Shown here one piece after another: positions 62,441-64,000 of a stretch of DNA of 64,000 nt (position 1 is the stretch's first letter; each line of letters starts with the position of its first letter). The notes under the pieces were generated by a model, which was given only the letters and a program-made list of their open reading frames with translations, searched no databases and was not told the origin of the DNA. Origin of the DNA: Camelus dromedarius (Eukaryota); assembly GCF_036321535.1 (NCBI RefSeq), contig NC_087447.1, positions 40,798,001 to 40,862,000 on the forward strand, written 5' to 3'. The position numbers were made by a program, and so were the translations under genes.

Positions 62441-64000
62441 ATTTTTTGGGGGGGAAAGACCTGTAGGTTTCATCAGACTCTGAGTTCTCTAAGATGCACA
62501 AAGGGTAAATAACCATGGCATTGTTCCCTCCAGCCACAGGGGCAGAGAATTGTTAGCTAGCTGTCCAGCATCCTGCTTTGAATAGAATGGAAGCCTTCCC
62601 TTTGGTGTCTGGGCAGCCAATGTCTTCCCTGCCAATCCCATGATCTGGGCCAGAAACAGCCTCCCTCTGGCTCCACCTGGCCAGCCTGCCAATTGCAGAT
62701 TGGAGAGCCAGAGCTCTCACCTCTGTTGGCCCTTTTCAGCCTCACCAGAAACTTGTACCCTTGGGTTAAGTGGTGCCGGGCAGGAGTCCCTCCTTCCCGC
62801 CCCAGCAGCACGTGCACATCTCTGCACCACCTGTGGGATTGTCCCTTTGCCTGGCTTCCAGCCTCGAGTTTTCTTTGTTCGTGACCCAGGCAGTCCATAA
62901 TGCTGAGCAGGCTTCTGAGAGAGGTTTGTTTTCAGCTCCACCTCGGTAGTCTCCTCCTCTGTCTCATGGTCACCTCCCACACGTGCATTCTCTCCCCACC
63001 ATCCCCGCTGCTCTCCATAGTAACCGGTCCACGCGCTTCTCCTCTGGCTAATCTCTAAGCAAACCCTGCTCCCTCTCCTCACAATATATTACCCTGCTTG
63101 ATCCAGCTTTTGTGGATTCCAGGCCAGAATCAAGAAAGCCAAATGATGCTTGTGAACGCCATCAGCAGACCCAACTGATACCCCTTCCTGTTCTTTGCTC
63201 TTTCAGAGTCAGTAGGGAAAAAAAGCAGTAACAGTACCACTCAGTGATCCCAGTTCCCCTCAGCGTCCTGCCCAGGCTTTAGAGACGTGCCTCTGCGTGG
63301 GGTTGTCCACCTGTCCGGTGCCAGCTGGGTTAACAACAGGGGCGAGTGGCCGTCCCCAGGGAGGGGACGTCTCTCCCACCTGGCTGTGCCCACGGCAGGA
63401 AGCAGCAGTGCTGTCCCCGTACCCGCCAGTGCCAGGGAGTCTCCTTGGGATTTGGTGGACGTTCACATCAGGGTTAGGGGGACATGGTGGCTCTTTCCCC
63501 TGACCTTTGGTCAGTGTTCCAGCTCTCACCGCTGGCAGGAGGACCCCAAATTGAGGTTCCTGAAGATGCCCCCTGACCTTCCTTCTAGTTGCTGGGTCCC
63601 AGTTGGCCCATTTCATGGGATCATTGTGAAGATGAAATGAGGTACTGAAGGTGAAGCCCCCAGCACACAGTGGGTAGTCAGACAGGCTGCATTCCCTCCC
63701 TCTTCTCTTCTCTCTGCTTCCCCTGGGGCTGTTCCTCCACTTCTGGTCAGACGCAGCCACTCCACCCTGACCAGGCTTCCATCCGAGGCTCTCAGGGCTA
63801 CCGGTGCTGTAGATAGTCACAGGGGCACAACACCCATCCATACCCGGAGTTCTGATGGGATGCTCTTCAGGGCCCGGTTTGACAGGGACTGAATCTTATC
63901 TGAAGGTGGGTGTCTGGCAATATGTCCTCCATATTTTCACTGAATGAGTGAATGAAGGATTCGAGAAAGATGATAAAAAGCCCAGATTCTCAAGCTGGAG

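Noticed and set aside
29510..64000. Next GALNT18 exon (expected to begin near EELKEKL…)
   Set aside because: No such peptide appears in the ORF track or by eye. It probably lies beyond the window.
1..64000. CRISPR array, operon, prophage or other prokaryotic-type system
   Set aside because: No spaced direct repeats and no dense coding. The content is mammalian intron with SINE, LINE, LTR and DNA-transposon relics.

Overview
This is mammalian genomic DNA, most likely from a camelid (camel/alpaca). That call rests on a Vic-1-type tRNA-derived SINE, camelid-type young L1 3' ends, and no recognisable Alu, Bov-A, PRE or Can SINEs. The whole window lies inside GALNT18 on the + strand. It holds two internal coding exons, 15055-15247 (193 nt) and 29343-29509 (167 nt), which appear to be exons 2 and 3, with canonical AG/GT boundaries and matching phases. 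The rest is intron, rich in old repeats (MIR, L2, L3, L1M, MER5, MER58, MER91, MER102, Tigger1, MLT1, MER21, LTR16/33/41), several of them nested, plus three young insertions with intact target-site duplications. Repeat family names come from my recall of consensus sequences, and edges of old repeats are approximate. I found no novel multi-gene system. The most testable idea is that the two exons form a phase-symmetric 360-nt unit whose back-spliced circle would have a stop-free reading frame. Other points of interest are the odd 5' junction of a young L1, a CpG-rich old L1, a sense-strand LTR poly(A) signal, and candidate non-coding elements.
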